Below are positions 39,051 through 53,539 of a stretch of 64,000 bases of DNA, piece by piece (the first letter of the stretch is position 1; the number at the start of each line of letters is the position of its first letter). The position numbers and the translations under genes were made by a program. The DNA is from Octopus bimaculoides. Taxonomy: Eukaryota. The stretch spans positions 1,456,105-1,520,104 of the forward strand of contig NC_069005.1 of the NCBI RefSeq assembly GCF_001194135.2, given 5' to 3'. The notes under the pieces are model-generated. The model did not search any database and had not been told where the DNA came from. It saw only the letters and a program-made list of their open reading frames with translations.

Positions 39051-41164
39051 TGGAGAAAAGGTGTAGATCGAAACTAGAGTCGTGGATTCCGTTTACATAA
39101 TTTTAAACTATTGAGAATAATAGCGAATCTAATAGCGAGGCCACCACCTCCGAACTGGCGCTCTCCTTTTGATGAGAACATAACAAAGATATTTCAACGA
39201 CAAGGTTAAATATTACCGTTACGAGTCAACATTTAATCAATTGATTAGACACACCTAAATTCTTTCTTAAAAGACGTGGAATATCTCATGAATTCTAGAA
39301 TGAACAATGATTGTTTTTATTAAGAGATCCGTTTTAAGAAAGAAGGGGAAAAAACCGGTATCATGACAACCGGAAATGAATCACTTAAGACCCACTCGTT
39401 TTCTTTTCCGTAAAATACTGCAAACGTAACCAACAACAACAACAATAATAATGATGATAATAATCCTAAACTACACCTGTAGTCTTCTCTAAATTCTTAT
39501 GGAAATATTTTAGTTCTTTCTTATTTCTAATACAGAATTTAGCATTGTCCGGTATTTTTCTTATAGAGATGTGCGTGCGTGTGTGTGTTGAATGGGGATA
39601 ATAAAACTCTGTGTTTATGAGCGGAAAGACAACAATAAGGAGGAAAAACGTTTCTAAGTCATGAAGTGGGGTTATTGTTTGGTGGTTGGGTCTGAAGGTG
39701 GCAAAGGTGTGGCTAGATTTAGATTTAGGGCGAAGTAACTCAAATACGAACTCAATTCTAATGTATATATTCTGAATTGAGCCAGTCGATAGAATATTAG
39801 ACCACTGATTTATAAGATGCGAGTTCAAATCTTCACTAGGCGTTTTGTTTCTGGTACAGATAAGATAACTGGTTCTCCGTCCAGTTTTACTAATGGTTGA
39901 TGGTTGTTTGGTCAAGAAATGAAAGAAAAACTGTGAACCTCGGAGTTATTTGAACTTTGAATAGTTTCCATTCCATCTGTCGCTCACCAATGGTTGTAAA
40001 AGTTGATTTATAGCGTAAAATATAGATTTATAATTTTAAACAAAAACTGGCACAAATATGCACAAATTCAGAGCTTGGAGGACATTTATTCGATTCTGGT
40101 ATCGAAAGTCAGAATCGAACTTACTGGAGTCAGAGAAAACATTTAGTTCGGGGCAGGGCCGTCTTAGAAGTATTATAAGCCCCACCCACGGGGGTGAATC
40201 AGTACACTGAGCCTTATGATATTGATTTATTGACAGCAAGCCACAGCTAGAATTGGGCCCCTTCACCCTAGAGACCCCAGACAAATCAGTGAAGTGAACC
40301 CTACAACATTCGTTTTTTGACGGTAAACCACAGAATACTTAGGTTAGAATTATGTCCCAGGTCCTGTGAGCTCCCTGGCCAATTGCCCAGTGTGCCTATA
40401 TTTTCAGACAACAAAATTTCGGTGCTCTACATTTACTGTTTTCTGTCGCTGCACTTTCTTTGATGATTGTAAACATTGCTGTGATTACGTTTGGGAAAAC
40501 CTTGCACTTCAATTTTCAAGACCAACAGAAATTTCCATACGAAAATCTTCTACAAATTTCCTGTGAATCTTCGCCGTTTTTTCTCCCAAGCACTTCATAT
40601 AAATATATTCAGGTGATCACACTTTCTAAATAGTTTCTGAAATTGAGGATAATTTTCTTTACCGGCACGGCTGTATGGCTCAGAAGCTTGCCTCATAACC
40701 ACGTGGTTACGGATTCAGCCCCACTGCGCGACACCCTGCCTCGATTGGTTCAAATGCCTTCTACTATAGCCCCCTACCCGACCAAATAACTTTAGGGGTT
40801 AATTTTGATAGACGGAAAATGTGTGGAAGCCCGTTTTATATATGTATACCAAAACAAGAACGATTCAGGGAAGATTAACAAGGAAGATGCGCAGGTTCGT
40901 GAAGCGTGAGTGTAACTGTGTGGTGAAGAAGCTTGCTTCGCAACTATGTGGTCTTCGGTTCAGTTCCACTGTGTGGGGACAAGTGTCTTCTCCCATAGCA
41001 CCGAGCCGACCAAAACATTGTGAGTGGATTTGGTAAATGGAAACTTAACAGAGCCCATCATCTATGTAAACACACACACACTGATACATACATAGACATA
41101 CACACACACACTGATAATACATACATACACACACACACACGTACATACATACACACCCATACGC

Positions 41165-41222
<58 letters not shown>

Positions 41223-41517
41223 CAAGCACTATGCTTTCTATTGAGGACTAGGAAATACTTCACGCCTGATCACTTGCTTACGCATTACAGGGTTTCAAGT
41301 ACGACTCACATCAGAGTACAGCTCACGTATCTATAATAAAGCTGCTGTTACATTTCCTAGATCACACCCAAAATAAAGTCGACCAGCAAAGTTGTAAAGA
41401 CTCACCCACCAATATCCTGAAGACATTCATTTGCACGTATATGGGTTCCTCTCTCTTTTTCTCTCTATCTCTCTCTCTTTCTCTCTATCTCTCTCTCTTT
41501 CTCTCTATCTCTCTCTT

Positions 41518-41548
<31 letters not shown>

Positions 41549-42106
41549 ATTGTTTTTTCGACTAAAACTACCCAAACCGTCATGTTTCCCTGGGACCACT
41601 CCAATGCAATGTGATCAAATTTTCCCCAGAATTACAATTTTGTGCTTGTAGGAACACGTAAATAGGGAGCCCCTGTTGTCCTATTGACACAAGATCACAC
41701 ANNNNNNNNNNNNNNNNNNNNNNNNNNNNNNNNNNNNNNNNNNNNNNNNNNNNNNNNNNNNNNNNNNNNNNNNNNNNNNNNNNNNNNNNNNNNNNNNNNN
41801 NNNNNNNNNNNNNNNNNNNNNNNNNNNNNNNNNNNNNNNNNNNNNNNNNNNNNNNNNNNNNNNNNNNNNNNNNNNNNNNNNNNNNNNNNNNNNNNNNNNN
41901 NNNNNNNNNNNNNNNNNNNNNNNNNNNNNNNNNNNNNNNNNNNNNNNNNNNNNNNNNNNNNNNNNNNNNNNNNNNNNNNNNNNNNNNNNNNNNNNNNNNN
42001 NNNNNNNNNNNNNNNNNNNNNNNNNNNNNNNNNNNNNNNNNNNNNNNNNNNNNNNNNNNNNNNNNNNNNNNNNNNNNNNNNNNNNNNNNNNNNNNNNNNN
42101 NNNNNN

Positions 42107-42146
<40 letters not shown>

Positions 42147-44247
42147 GTGTGTGTGTGTGTGTATATATATATAATACATACATATGTGTATATAGACATG
42201 CATATATATATATTTATACATGTGTGTATACACACACACACACACACACATATATGTATACCATGTTTGTATATACCATGTTTGTGTATACGTATGACTT
42301 TGCGTGTGTGTGAATATATATATATATATATATATATTCACATAACACACACACTCACAGACACACACATATATACATATATACTGGTTGACTTTCCGCG
42401 CCAAATACAATCAAGTGGAAAATCGTATGTTAATTCCAGATCAGAAATATTCAACAAATGCAAACATATGAGCAAGTTTCTTTTGGAAAATTCGAGACCA
42501 TCACCTTCTCAGCTATATCACAGACTTTAGACCCCTTCCGTTGATTGTCTCTGTCCTTCCACCATCACTTGACAACTCATGGTGTGTTTTTGTCCCCGAA
42601 ACAGCGGTTTGGCAAAAAAAGACCGATAGAATAAGTACTAGGCTAACAGAGAATATATTTATATGTGTGTGTGTGTGTGTATAATGCTCGAAATGAGTAG
42701 CTAGATAGATAGACAGCCGACAACTGATGAAGGCTCGTTCTTAGTGTTACTTGTCTTGTCTTTCCAGCATGGCCGCAGTCAAATGACTGAAACAAATAAA
42801 GGAATATATAATACGACGGGCTTCTTTCAGTTTCCGTCTACCAAAATTCACTCCTAAGGGTTTGGTCGGCCTGAGGCTATAGTAGAAGACACCTGCCCAA
42901 GGTGTCACACAATGCTACGCGCGCGCGCGCACACAAACACTATAATCTCGTATTCATTAACCCCTATCAATATATGTTTAAATTTTGTTTGTGTATTTAT
43001 TTTTATTGATGAAACCGTTAAAAAAAATGCATTTTCCACGTCATGCGCACATGTGTATGTATGTATATATATGTGTGTATATATATGTGCGTACGTACGT
43101 GTGTATGTATATTCATCTAGACAACACATGTATATGTATGTATGTGTATGAATGTATATATGTGCGTACGTACGTATGTATATTCATCTAGACAATTTAC
43201 GATTGAAATATTTGAATGAAAAAGCACGGAGTTGTCGCCCTTACACCATTCGTTTTTTTTTGTGCCCCCCCCCCCCACATTCATAGTAGCTTTGATAACA
43301 TTTCTCTAATGGATCCTTCGATGATTTCGCCATTGTTGTCATTAGTTACCATATGCCTTTTCCAGCACATTGATGATATTTCAGCAAAAATGTTCTGGAT
43401 TAAACGCTTGTTTTCTTATCGGTTGTCTTTCACGGTTCGCCGGCATGAACGCCTTTTACACATCACTGGCACAGAGCCGTGTTTTATGCACCACTGGTAA
43501 GAGTGCCTTTCAAATGTTTGGCACTGGCCACGACCACGATTTCAATTAGCTTGAAATGTCTTCTCNNNNNNNNNNNNNNNNNNNNNNNNNNNNNNNNNNN
43601 NNNNNNNNNNNNNNNNNNNNNNNNNNNNNNNNNNNNNNNNNNNNNNNNNNNNNNNNNNNNNNNNNNNNNNNNNNNNNNNNNNNNNNNNNNNNNNNNNNNN
43701 NNNNNNNNNNNNNNNNNNNNNNNNNNNNNNNNNNNNNNNNNNNNNNNNNNNNNNNNNNNNNNNNNNNNNNNNNNNNNNNNNNNNNNNNNNNNNNNNNNNN
43801 NNNNNNNNNNNNNNNNNNNNNNNNNNNNNNNNNNNNNNNNNNNNNNNNNNNNNNNNNNNNNNNNNNNNNNNNNNNNNNNNNNNNNNNNNNNNATATATAT
43901 ATATATATATATACATACACATATATAGATGTATATATTTGTCTGTGTTTGTCACCCCACCATCGCTTGAGAACAGATGTTGGTGTGCTTATGTCCCCGT
44001 AACTTAGTGGTTCAGCAAAAGAGACTGATAGAATAAGTACCAGGCTTACAAAGAATAAGTCTTGGGGTTGATTTGTTCGACTAAAGGCAGTGCTCCAGCA
44101 TGGCAGCAGTCAAATGACTGAAACAAGGAAAAGAATAAAAGAATTACTTAGTTATTTTGAATTTTATTACAGAAAAATAAATTCGTGTCTTTGATGTTGT
44201 TAGTTGAGATTTCCATTTTGCTTCTGAATTTACTTGAATTTTGATTG

Positions 44248-44436
44248 CTATCTTGTTTTCTTTTCATCTAATTTGGACTCTGGTTCCTTTGTCTGTGATT
44301 TATACTGTTGCCAGATAAAATTGATGGAGTCTTTCTCTAATATGATAACGGTTAATAGATTGGCAAGTAGACAGGTGGCACCAATGACAACATGAACCAA
44401 CCGATACACGGGGCCTTTGTCACAACAGAATAAAGT
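44248..44436 (-). CDS. RFT1: RFT1 terminal coding exon 14 ([35 protein letters not shown]...KKTR*)
   Basis: tttttcag acceptor, TAG at 44248-44250; AATAAA on the minus strand at 44163-44168. Confidence 0.95.
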   Translation of the reverse strand, partial: TLFCCDKGPVYRLVHVVIGATCLLANLLTVIILEKDSINFIWQQYKSQTKEPESKLDEKKTR

Positions 44437-45169
44437 CTGAAAAAGAAAAGAAAAAAACAGATATTTATTGGTGAAAATAAATTTTGATGGAAGCTGAAAA
44501 GAAACAAGACATCGAGGAACATGGACATACGTGAGGCTTTTGTGGATCAGATGGGGTTTGAAAAAGCTACAAATTTTGACTTTCATAGACACAGACATGG
44601 CTGAATGGTTAATAAGTTAACTTCCAAACCCTGTGATTTGGGGTTCAGTCCCACTACGTGGCACCTTGGGAAAATATCTTCTATAGTAGAAGAGACTTGC
44701 ACAAAGTACCTGCTGTGTGGTGGAATTGATCCTGAAATCATGTGGTTGAGAAACAATTTTCTAACCACCTAGCCATAACTGGATATATAAATGAACTTTT
44801 CTATATAAACTCACCTCTGACAGAAAGGTAAAACAGAACGATATACTGAAACCAATCAAGATGAGAGGTCGAATTAACAAGGCATGAAGAGGTTGGATGG
44901 AACCGTTTTGGAAATATTTCCAAATAAACATGGCACTGCAACACAAAAAGAAAGACAATTGGTTTACAATGAGAAACATGTGAAGCAGTGATCAACATAA
45001 ACGTGTCAATGATCAATATAAAGAAAAAAACTGATCAAACAGTAACATGGTAGGAGAGACAGATAGCAATGGATCTGAAGAAGAGAAATAAACCATAAGG
45101 TGAGAAGTTCATGGAGATTAACAATACTGCAACCACCTATGCAGACACAGGTGGGTGTTATATATGTAG

Positions 45170-45211
<42 letters not shown>

Positions 45212-45283
45212 NNNNNNNNNNAGATTTATATCACTGTCCAAATTTGCTTTTATCAAAAGAGAGGGACGGATGGACAGAGGAAT

Positions 45284-45327
<44 letters not shown>

Positions 45328-48300
45328 CATACATACATATCATCATCATCATTTAATGTCCACCTTCCGTGCTAGCATGGGTGGAACAGTTTCACAAGAG
45401 CTGGCTAAGCCGAAGCTTGCACCATACTTCTGTGACTGTTTTGGCAGGATTTTTACAGCTGGATGCCCTTCCTAACACCAGCCACTCAGCAGAGTGGACT
45501 TAGTGCTTTTTACATGGCACAAGCACAGGCAAGGTGAGTAGTGCTTTTTACGTGGCACCCACACACATCCATAAAGTAAACTTCTTTGCCACATCAGCCA
45601 CCAATGCAAGAAGACGTTTGGTTCCATGAACCAAGACTGAAAGCCTGTATTTCTGCTTTTAAGAATATAAGAGAAAGAAAATCGGAAGATAAAGAGGAGG
45701 AATACAACTCAATCAATAGAATACCTGTGTAGAATCCGAAGAAACATGTTAAGACAATTGGCCAGGATGAAACCAATGCTGCCAAGATAATGGGTGAAGA
45801 TCCAAGAGGCACTCAAGAAAGAAACGGAAAATATCAACATCATATTGTTGTACCTGAGAAATAAGAAAAGAGAAATCTGCATCTGACAAAATTTATTTTA
45901 TTTAGTTTTTTAAAGTTCTTCTTTAAATGTTTATTTTCTTCAATTATGTATTTTTTTCTTTTCTTTTATTTATTTTTTGCGTCAGTCATTGGACTATGGC
46001 CAAGCTGCAGCACTGGGTTGAAGGGTGGAGTCGATCAAATCAAGCTCAGAACATCTTTTTTTCCTCTAAATCTGGTATTTAGTTTATTGGCCTCTTTTAC
46101 CAAACTGCATGGTTGTCAGGCAGTGGCAGGGACAAACACAAAGACACATTAACTCCCAAAGAGTTGGTAGTTACAGTGACCTTTCCAGATATGTTCCAGT
46201 CTCATTAGACCTCATCAGTAGAGTAAAAAATGTTGATGCAAGATCTTAGAATAATTTCCAGAGGATAGACTTGGTGCAAAAAAAAACTACTGATGAGTTT
46301 AAACCGAGCAACATTAAGAAAATCCGTGTGATTGCTATGAAACGGTTAACTCATTAATAATGAGGTTAATGAGAAAAAGCCAATAAGTAGTGCTATCAAC
46401 AACAAATGAACTGAATAATCTAAACAAAGTTATCAGTGCTGAAAGGGGATGGAGATGAAAATAAGTAAAGAGAAATAGAATTCTATAAAAAGAAATCCAA
46501 CCAGATTTCGTAACTCACCGATCGACTTCTTTTTTGCTCATTACAGCAAACACAAAGGATTCTGAGACACCATTCACAGCAATGATTGAGACATAAACGG
46601 TATACCAGCGAAGAAGAACCGGACCTGGTAAAAGAATGAGACATCATAATCAGTCATTTCAAGTTTGTTTTCCCTGCTGATATAGACCAGATGTTTCAAC
46701 AGGATCCAGTGTCTTGAAGGACCAAGCCTTGCTCCAATGATTCACATTTGACATGGTTTCTACAGCCAGACGACCTTCCTAGTGCCAACCAATTTACAGA
46801 ATGGATTGAGTGCTTTTTCTTCTTTTTTTATATCATGGCACCAGCAAGAGTCCCTGAAACTGAAAGGGACAAGAGAGAGAAGGGGATGGCTTTGTGCAAT
46901 ACGTAAGCTTAAAATATGATACAAGAAACAGGAAGAGGTCATTGGGGTGTTGGACACAGGGTCGTGATTTCAATTCCCATACCATTGTGTTCTTGAGCCA
47001 AACACATCATTTCATATTGTTCCAGTCTACTTACCTGTAAATGGGTCATCCTGTGATGGATTGGCATACAAGGGTGAAACGAGGACTCAGGAAAATCACC
47101 TGAATGGTGGACTCATGGGCCATGTTTTATATTCAGCAATCAAAAGGATGAATGGTACAACCTGTACTGTGAACCCTGACTGGTTGGGATTCGAAGTTTC
47201 AATTTGAAATTAAGGAATTCTAAGAGGGAAAAAAATGTGCCCACGTTAATTTCTTTCTTTTTTGCTTACTTATTAGAAATTAAGAATTTTTAGCCAAAAA
47301 TGATTGTATCCAGTTGTAATAACACTTAAAAGAATTTAGAAATAGGAAAAAACTTATGTAGCCATGGAAATATGGATTAAAAGAGATGGTGAGAGAAAAT
47401 GAAAAGAGGAAAATGACCAGAAACCATTTCTTGTTACTGACCTAATGATGAGCTGAGCATTGGACCTCCATACATGTCCAATGCAAGGAAAGAATACGAA
47501 TAACCAAACACCAAGATAGTCAGCCCTATAAGAGTCACTCCAGTCAAGAGGATTCTTAATACAGTTGCTGCCATTCTTGCAGATTCCTGAAAATGAAAGA
47601 GTAGATTCTAAGGTCCACAGAACTACACACAAACATATCTGGATACATTTACAAATGTGCGCATCATCATCATTTCACATATGACAGGGATACTCATTTA
47701 CAGCTATTGTGTATGCAAAGTCAAGACAAGGAGACACAAACCTTTGTTTGTTGCTTCAGAGTTTTACCACGGAACAGCAGCTGAGAAAAAAACAGGTAAC
47801 TGCTCTCTTCTATGGGGCAAAAGAGAAACCTCGGTGCCAGTGAACCAAGATTATGAATGATGTCATAGATTCCTGTGAGAAAAAACAAAAATACAAACAT
47901 GTCAAATATTTTTTTTTTGTTTATTTAGTCAGTAATTCCTAGAACTGACTTCTTCTCAATTAATTAAAAATTTTTTCATCATATTTCATATGGTCTTGGG
48001 TTCAGTTCCACTGTGTGGCACCTTGAGCAAGTGTCTTTTAATAGAGCCCCTGATGAACCAAGGCCTTGTGAGGAGGGGATTTGGTAGACAGAAACTGAAA
48101 GAAGCCTGTTGTGTGTGTGTGTGTATGTCCCTGTCTTGACATCACACAATGGTTGTAGGTGAACATCACTACAAGCTATGGTGAACCTTTTCTAATCTTC
48201 AGTGGAAAACATGTCTAGCTATGGGGAAATACGATACCTAGAAACAGGCACCCCTAGACTAGGTTAGAGAAGTAACAGGCTATGATTTGAAGATAATATT

Positions 48301-49397
48301 CGAATTATTATAGGTTGACCCTTTGATATTAATCTACTTAAGACTGGCCCTGGTCTTATGATACTGATTCTCTGTTTTAAACTGATCTGAGCGAAAGCAT
48401 TCTGTTAAAACTTCATGTTCCAAACATTATTTGTCAATAATGACAAAGGAAGTGTATGTCTACAGAAATATAAGTAATAGCAGAGTGAAAGTGATCTAAA
48501 TAAACAGCTTCCATTTAAACTTCATGTCAGTTTATGTTCCAAACACCATCTTAAGAATAACAAAGTTTATTCTACAAAATTCTTCATTGTTTTAAAAAAT
48601 AATTGAAACAAAGTCATAAAAGTAAGCTTTGCAAACATATCGTGTTTTCCACTTACCTTGATCAGCAAAAGAGAGCACTTGGAAAAGAGTCATAACATAT
48701 TTCTCACCTGAAATAGAAAAACATTGCTTCTGTACCTTTTCAAAGCTATAAAAGTGGCTGAGATCAAACAAAATCAATCACTATGGCTAATAACTTTATG
48801 CTTGATAAGTAAACTACAGCAGAGTTTCAACAGTGGCACACACTGACAACAAAACTGCAACTAGCTTGAGCTGGTGCCATGTAAAAAGTGCCCAAGGGGG
48901 TGCCACATAACAAGTCCCCGTGCTGGTGCCAAGTAAAAGGCGCCCATCCTGGTGCCACATAAGTGTCTATGCTGGATCCACATAAATAACACCCATGTTG
49001 GCACCATGTATAAAGCACCCACGCTGGTGCCACATAAAAAGCGCCTGTGTTATTTATGTAAAAATGGATATTCTGTAAAATGGTCGGCATTAGGAAGAGC
49101 ATCCAGTCATAGAGACCATGCGAAAACAGACAACTGGAGTCTGGTGCAGCTCTCCAGTTCCATGCCAGCATGGAAAACGGACCTTAAATGATGATGATGA
49201 TGATGATCCATTTAGTAAGCTATAATTTTTTCACGTTAGCATGGGTGGTGGTGGTATTGGTGGTGGTAATGATAACGATGATGATGATGGTGACAATGGT
49301 GAATTACCTTCTGTAAGAATCTGTTTCAGGAAAGATTGCTTCATGAAGCTCCATGTCAAACTGGTCAAGTCTTTGTTAATAAAGGGCTACAAGATGG

Positions 49398-49432
<35 letters not shown>

Positions 49433-49596
49433 TACGTATATATATATCAGATATAATGTGTGTGTGTATATACATATATACACACACACACATATAGATA
49501 GATAGAAAGATAAATATAAATATAATATACATTCACTATATATGTGTGTGTGTCCAACCCATGCCAGCATGGACAATGGACATTAAATGACGATGA

Positions 49597-49643
<47 letters not shown>

Positions 49644-52600
49644 TATCGATAATATATATATATAATACAATGATGGCCTCTCCCATCATTAGACGGAGTA
49701 CATGCAGTGTTGCCAACTTAAAATCAGAATTTTATGCTAAATTGTCGACCCTGAGTACAAGACTTCTGCAATTTTTTGCTGAACAACGAAACAGTGGATT
49801 TGTTAATAGATAGCAACTGATTCTCTCCCTTTGATACTCCCAGCTTCTCGTCAACCGTTGTTGCCAGCGATCGTCACTTGACACGTTCTGTGTGCGAAAA
49901 GTTGTTCATAAACCGAAGTTCCATTGTATTTGTTTGCATCAAGTTTAACCTGGTGCAGCATCTTTCTACTGAAATTGTATCTATTCATTATATTCTATCG
50001 CTTGCTATAAATATTAATTAATTAATTAATCTATTCAGATTTTTTTTTTCAATATATACCATCTCCCACTTCATATATTTACTTGCTTTTAGAATTTTTT
50101 TATATCTCTTCTTATAAGTAGAGACCAACCCACCTGAGACCACCACCTCTGATAGTTTCAAATAAATCTAAACTAAACCCTTCCATTGAAATTTCATGTT
50201 AATCCGTGTAACAAACACCAGATTAATAATGACCAGGTTATTTTACCAAATTCTTTGCTATTTTCAAAATTCTCTACAACACAGGCAGCAGTGCATTTCA
50301 ACAGAAATATTTTAACAAAACTGTTAAAGTGGTCGAAGTTAAAACCTTCCACCAAAATTCCAAGTTAATTTATGTTCCAAACACCAGTTTAATAATGACT
50401 AAGTTATTTTATTAAATTCTTCATTTTGAAAACTAAATGAAACAAAAGCAGTGGATTTCAGTTGAGATTTGGCACCGAAAAGGTTAAGTGATCTTGAATC
50501 ACTTAGTCCCATACCTGGTTCTGAAGAAATTTTGGGAAAAAATCTCTGAATGTTTTCAATGGAAAATCTTTGTTTTCTTTCCGTCGTTGAATGTAAAATA
50601 TAAAGAAGACATAAAATGCTCCCACGTAGACCATCATGGAAACCACCTGGAAAAATAAAGAAATACAAGAGTAATGGTAAGGAATATTTCAAGACAGTGC
50701 ATCATATGGATAAATTCAAATGGCAGGAGTGTTCCTTATGTAACACCATAAGAATCGGAAAGCATTGGACAGAAACTATACAAAAGTTTCAAATTCTGGT
50801 ATAAAACCAGCAATTTTAGAGGAAGGAATAGTTTGCTTATATCGACCCCCAGCGCTCAACTGAAACTTATTTCATCAACCCCCAAAAGGGACAGTCAACT
50901 GCAGTGGAGTATGAACTCCAGAATGTAAAACCAGAAGAAATGCTGCTAAGCAGTTTTTCTAGCATGCTAACGATTCCTTCAGCTTACCATTTTTATATAA
51001 AACTATATAACAGACATGAATGAATGGTAAACAAATGTTATGTTGAAATATTTTAGGATAATGGCATTCAGACATGGCTGTGGAGTTAAAAGGTTTGCTT
51101 CCCAATCTTGTGTTTCAAGGTTCAGTTCTACTGCGTGATACCTTGGACAAGTGTTCCTCTTTTACTATAGCCCCAGGCCAACCAAAGCCTTGTGAGTGGA
51201 TTTGGTTCAGATATCAGTTTTGTGCTATCCAACTAAAGTTTGGAAGCCTTCATTTTCTGGTGCTTTCTTTCTATAAGAGGGATACCCTCTTCACCTAATT
51301 GGGTCTCCTTGACAAAGGGTCTTGCAAACCATTTGGCACTCCTGTTGTTTTCCATGCAATGACTTCTTGTTGAAGGAAACCAGCAGGGATCATGAACCAT
51401 CCAGGTTTTAACAAGACTGAAGAATGCTTTCTTCCTTTGTGGGTCTTGAAGTTCTGCTGATATTATGGAATCAATTTGATTGGAGAGCATGATATTCATT
51501 AACTACACCAAAACCATGTGCGCATGCACTCACACATACACAATAATATTCTATGTATATTCAGAGAGAATTAACGGTGATATCAGCTTACCTGAGCTAA
51601 TGAAAATATAATGAGTCCTAAATGTGGTTTATAGATAACGAGGAACATCGTTATGGCAGCTTTAACAATGAGAAGCAGGCCTTCCATTAACACCTGTAGA
51701 AAGATATTTATCATTATCATCATCAACATCATTATCATCATGTTTATGTTTATTTTTTCATGCAAACATGGGTTGGAACGGTTGTCATAGTCCAAGGAAC
51801 AGGGATCAGAATATAAATGGAATGGTAAAGGAAGGGAGAGAGAAAGGTGGTGGAAAGTGCTGGGGCATACCATCAAGGTATGGAGGGCACGATATAAGTG
51901 GGAGGGTATTGCCAAAGAAGCATAACAGTCAAGATTAGTGCAGTGACTGGTGAACATTAGGGTGTATAGAGGGGGTGGGGCAATACAGGATAGCAATGAT
52001 ACAGTGAGCAGGGTTGTGGGGACAGGATTGGGGAGTGAGAGATAAGCGTTGTGCATGAAGAAGAAATAGAAGGAAGAGAAGAGATGTAGTTTGGTTTGTT
52101 GGGGTAGGATGTGTGTGGAAGGTTTTATTGTTACGTGTGGGTGGAATACACAGAGCTTCTAGAACTGTTTTGCTGATGTGGGTGGATCATCTCAAGAACC
52201 TCATAGTGCCAGACATCTCAATCCATTGTCATTCCCTCCATGAGGCCCAACAACCTATATACATATATATATATATGTATGTATAGAGTGTTTGAAGTGG
52301 TGTACAAATCTTGTATATTGAGAATAAGAAGGCAGTCAGAATTTTGGCTAATTCTTTATTAGCGCTTTCATTGATTTATCAAACTTGTCAAAACACACAG
52401 ACACACACACACACACACACACACCAGGACTTCTGTGTAAAAGTCTTGCTAACAATAGTAACATTGGTAACTAATGTAGCATCATTAATTTTCATGGCAG
52501 ATGATGTTCCGATTCTACAGAGTTTATCATTGGCAACCTTTTACCATTTCACATTCCTGTCCTTTTCTAAGGGAGTCATTTTTAACAAGAAATTAAAACA

Positions 52601-53500
52601 CAATATCAATAAAAATATCTCTGATAGAAAGGTGCTAATTACTTACCTTAAGTTTGACAAACATAAACGCTTGTGTAATCACCCAGAGAGGTTGAGCAAT
52701 TACCTCAATGACTGTTGATGCAGCAAAGGCAAATACTCCTATACTGTAGTGAGGCACAATTAGGGGATCGGGTCTTTGAAGTAGGTGGAGCCATATTGCA
52801 CCCAAGACAGTGCTAGCAATAGCAGCACAAGGAACACTGGAAGCAAGGTGATGGTAAGTATACATTTATTAACTACAAAATTGAAAATAAAGGACAATTC
52901 TTAAGACACGTGGAACTTCAGAAAAGTAATTTTAATTCTGAAATAATAAATAAAATTGCATTGATGGTTATTTTCGCTATTTTAGACTGAAATAATCTTT
53001 ATTAGGATGAGAACTGACACACAAAGAAACTTGGAAGTAATGTAACAGTAAATATTGACTTGGTACGTACAAAATTTGAAAATATAGGGTAAATCTTAGG
53101 ATGTGTTGTGGAACTTTAGAGAATTAATGTTTGTATTGGAACAAATTCTGATTAAAAACACTCAGAAAAAGAATAATAAATAGAATTACATCTAAGAATA
53201 AGAAGACCTGTTTAAAGCAAGAATTTACAATATAAGCCTTCTGTTCTAACCGATTCTGATCTAACCGATTCATTAGATTAGTAGAGAGAATGATTAGATA
53301 CACATCGTCATTATGATTTTTAATGTTCACTTTTCCATGCTTGCATGGGTTGGACAGAATTTTCTGAAGCAAGTAGTTTCATAGCAATAAGGTGGTAAAG
53401 ACGTTTATCTATTAAGAATAAAAACACACAAAATGGCAAGAGACAAAGAACCAAAGACATGGAGACAACTGCTGAGCCTTGCTTTGGAAACAGAAGCAGC

Positions 53501-53539
<39 letters not shown>

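Noticed and set aside
8725-42760. Other CTGATGA/CTGACGA hits (8730, 10647, 20472, 20884, 25090 minus strand, 42724)
   Set aside because: They lack a paired helix II, a correctly placed GAAA, or helix I, so they cannot be supported as hammerheads.
43-45475. Numerous ORF-track entries such as [24 protein letters not shown], poly-I/N/L and X-filled ORFs
   Set aside because: They are translations of microsatellites and N gaps; they contain no protein information.
45594-45724. Continuation of the 45594-45812 ORF as RFT1 coding sequence
   Set aside because: That ORF is out of frame with RFT1; homology resumes at 44935 after the GT at 45724.
48860-49050. CRISPR-like repeat-spacer appearance
   Set aside because: Units are degenerate with very short variable spacers, sit in a eukaryotic intron attached to an RTE tail, and have no cas genes nearby; it is a minisatellite.
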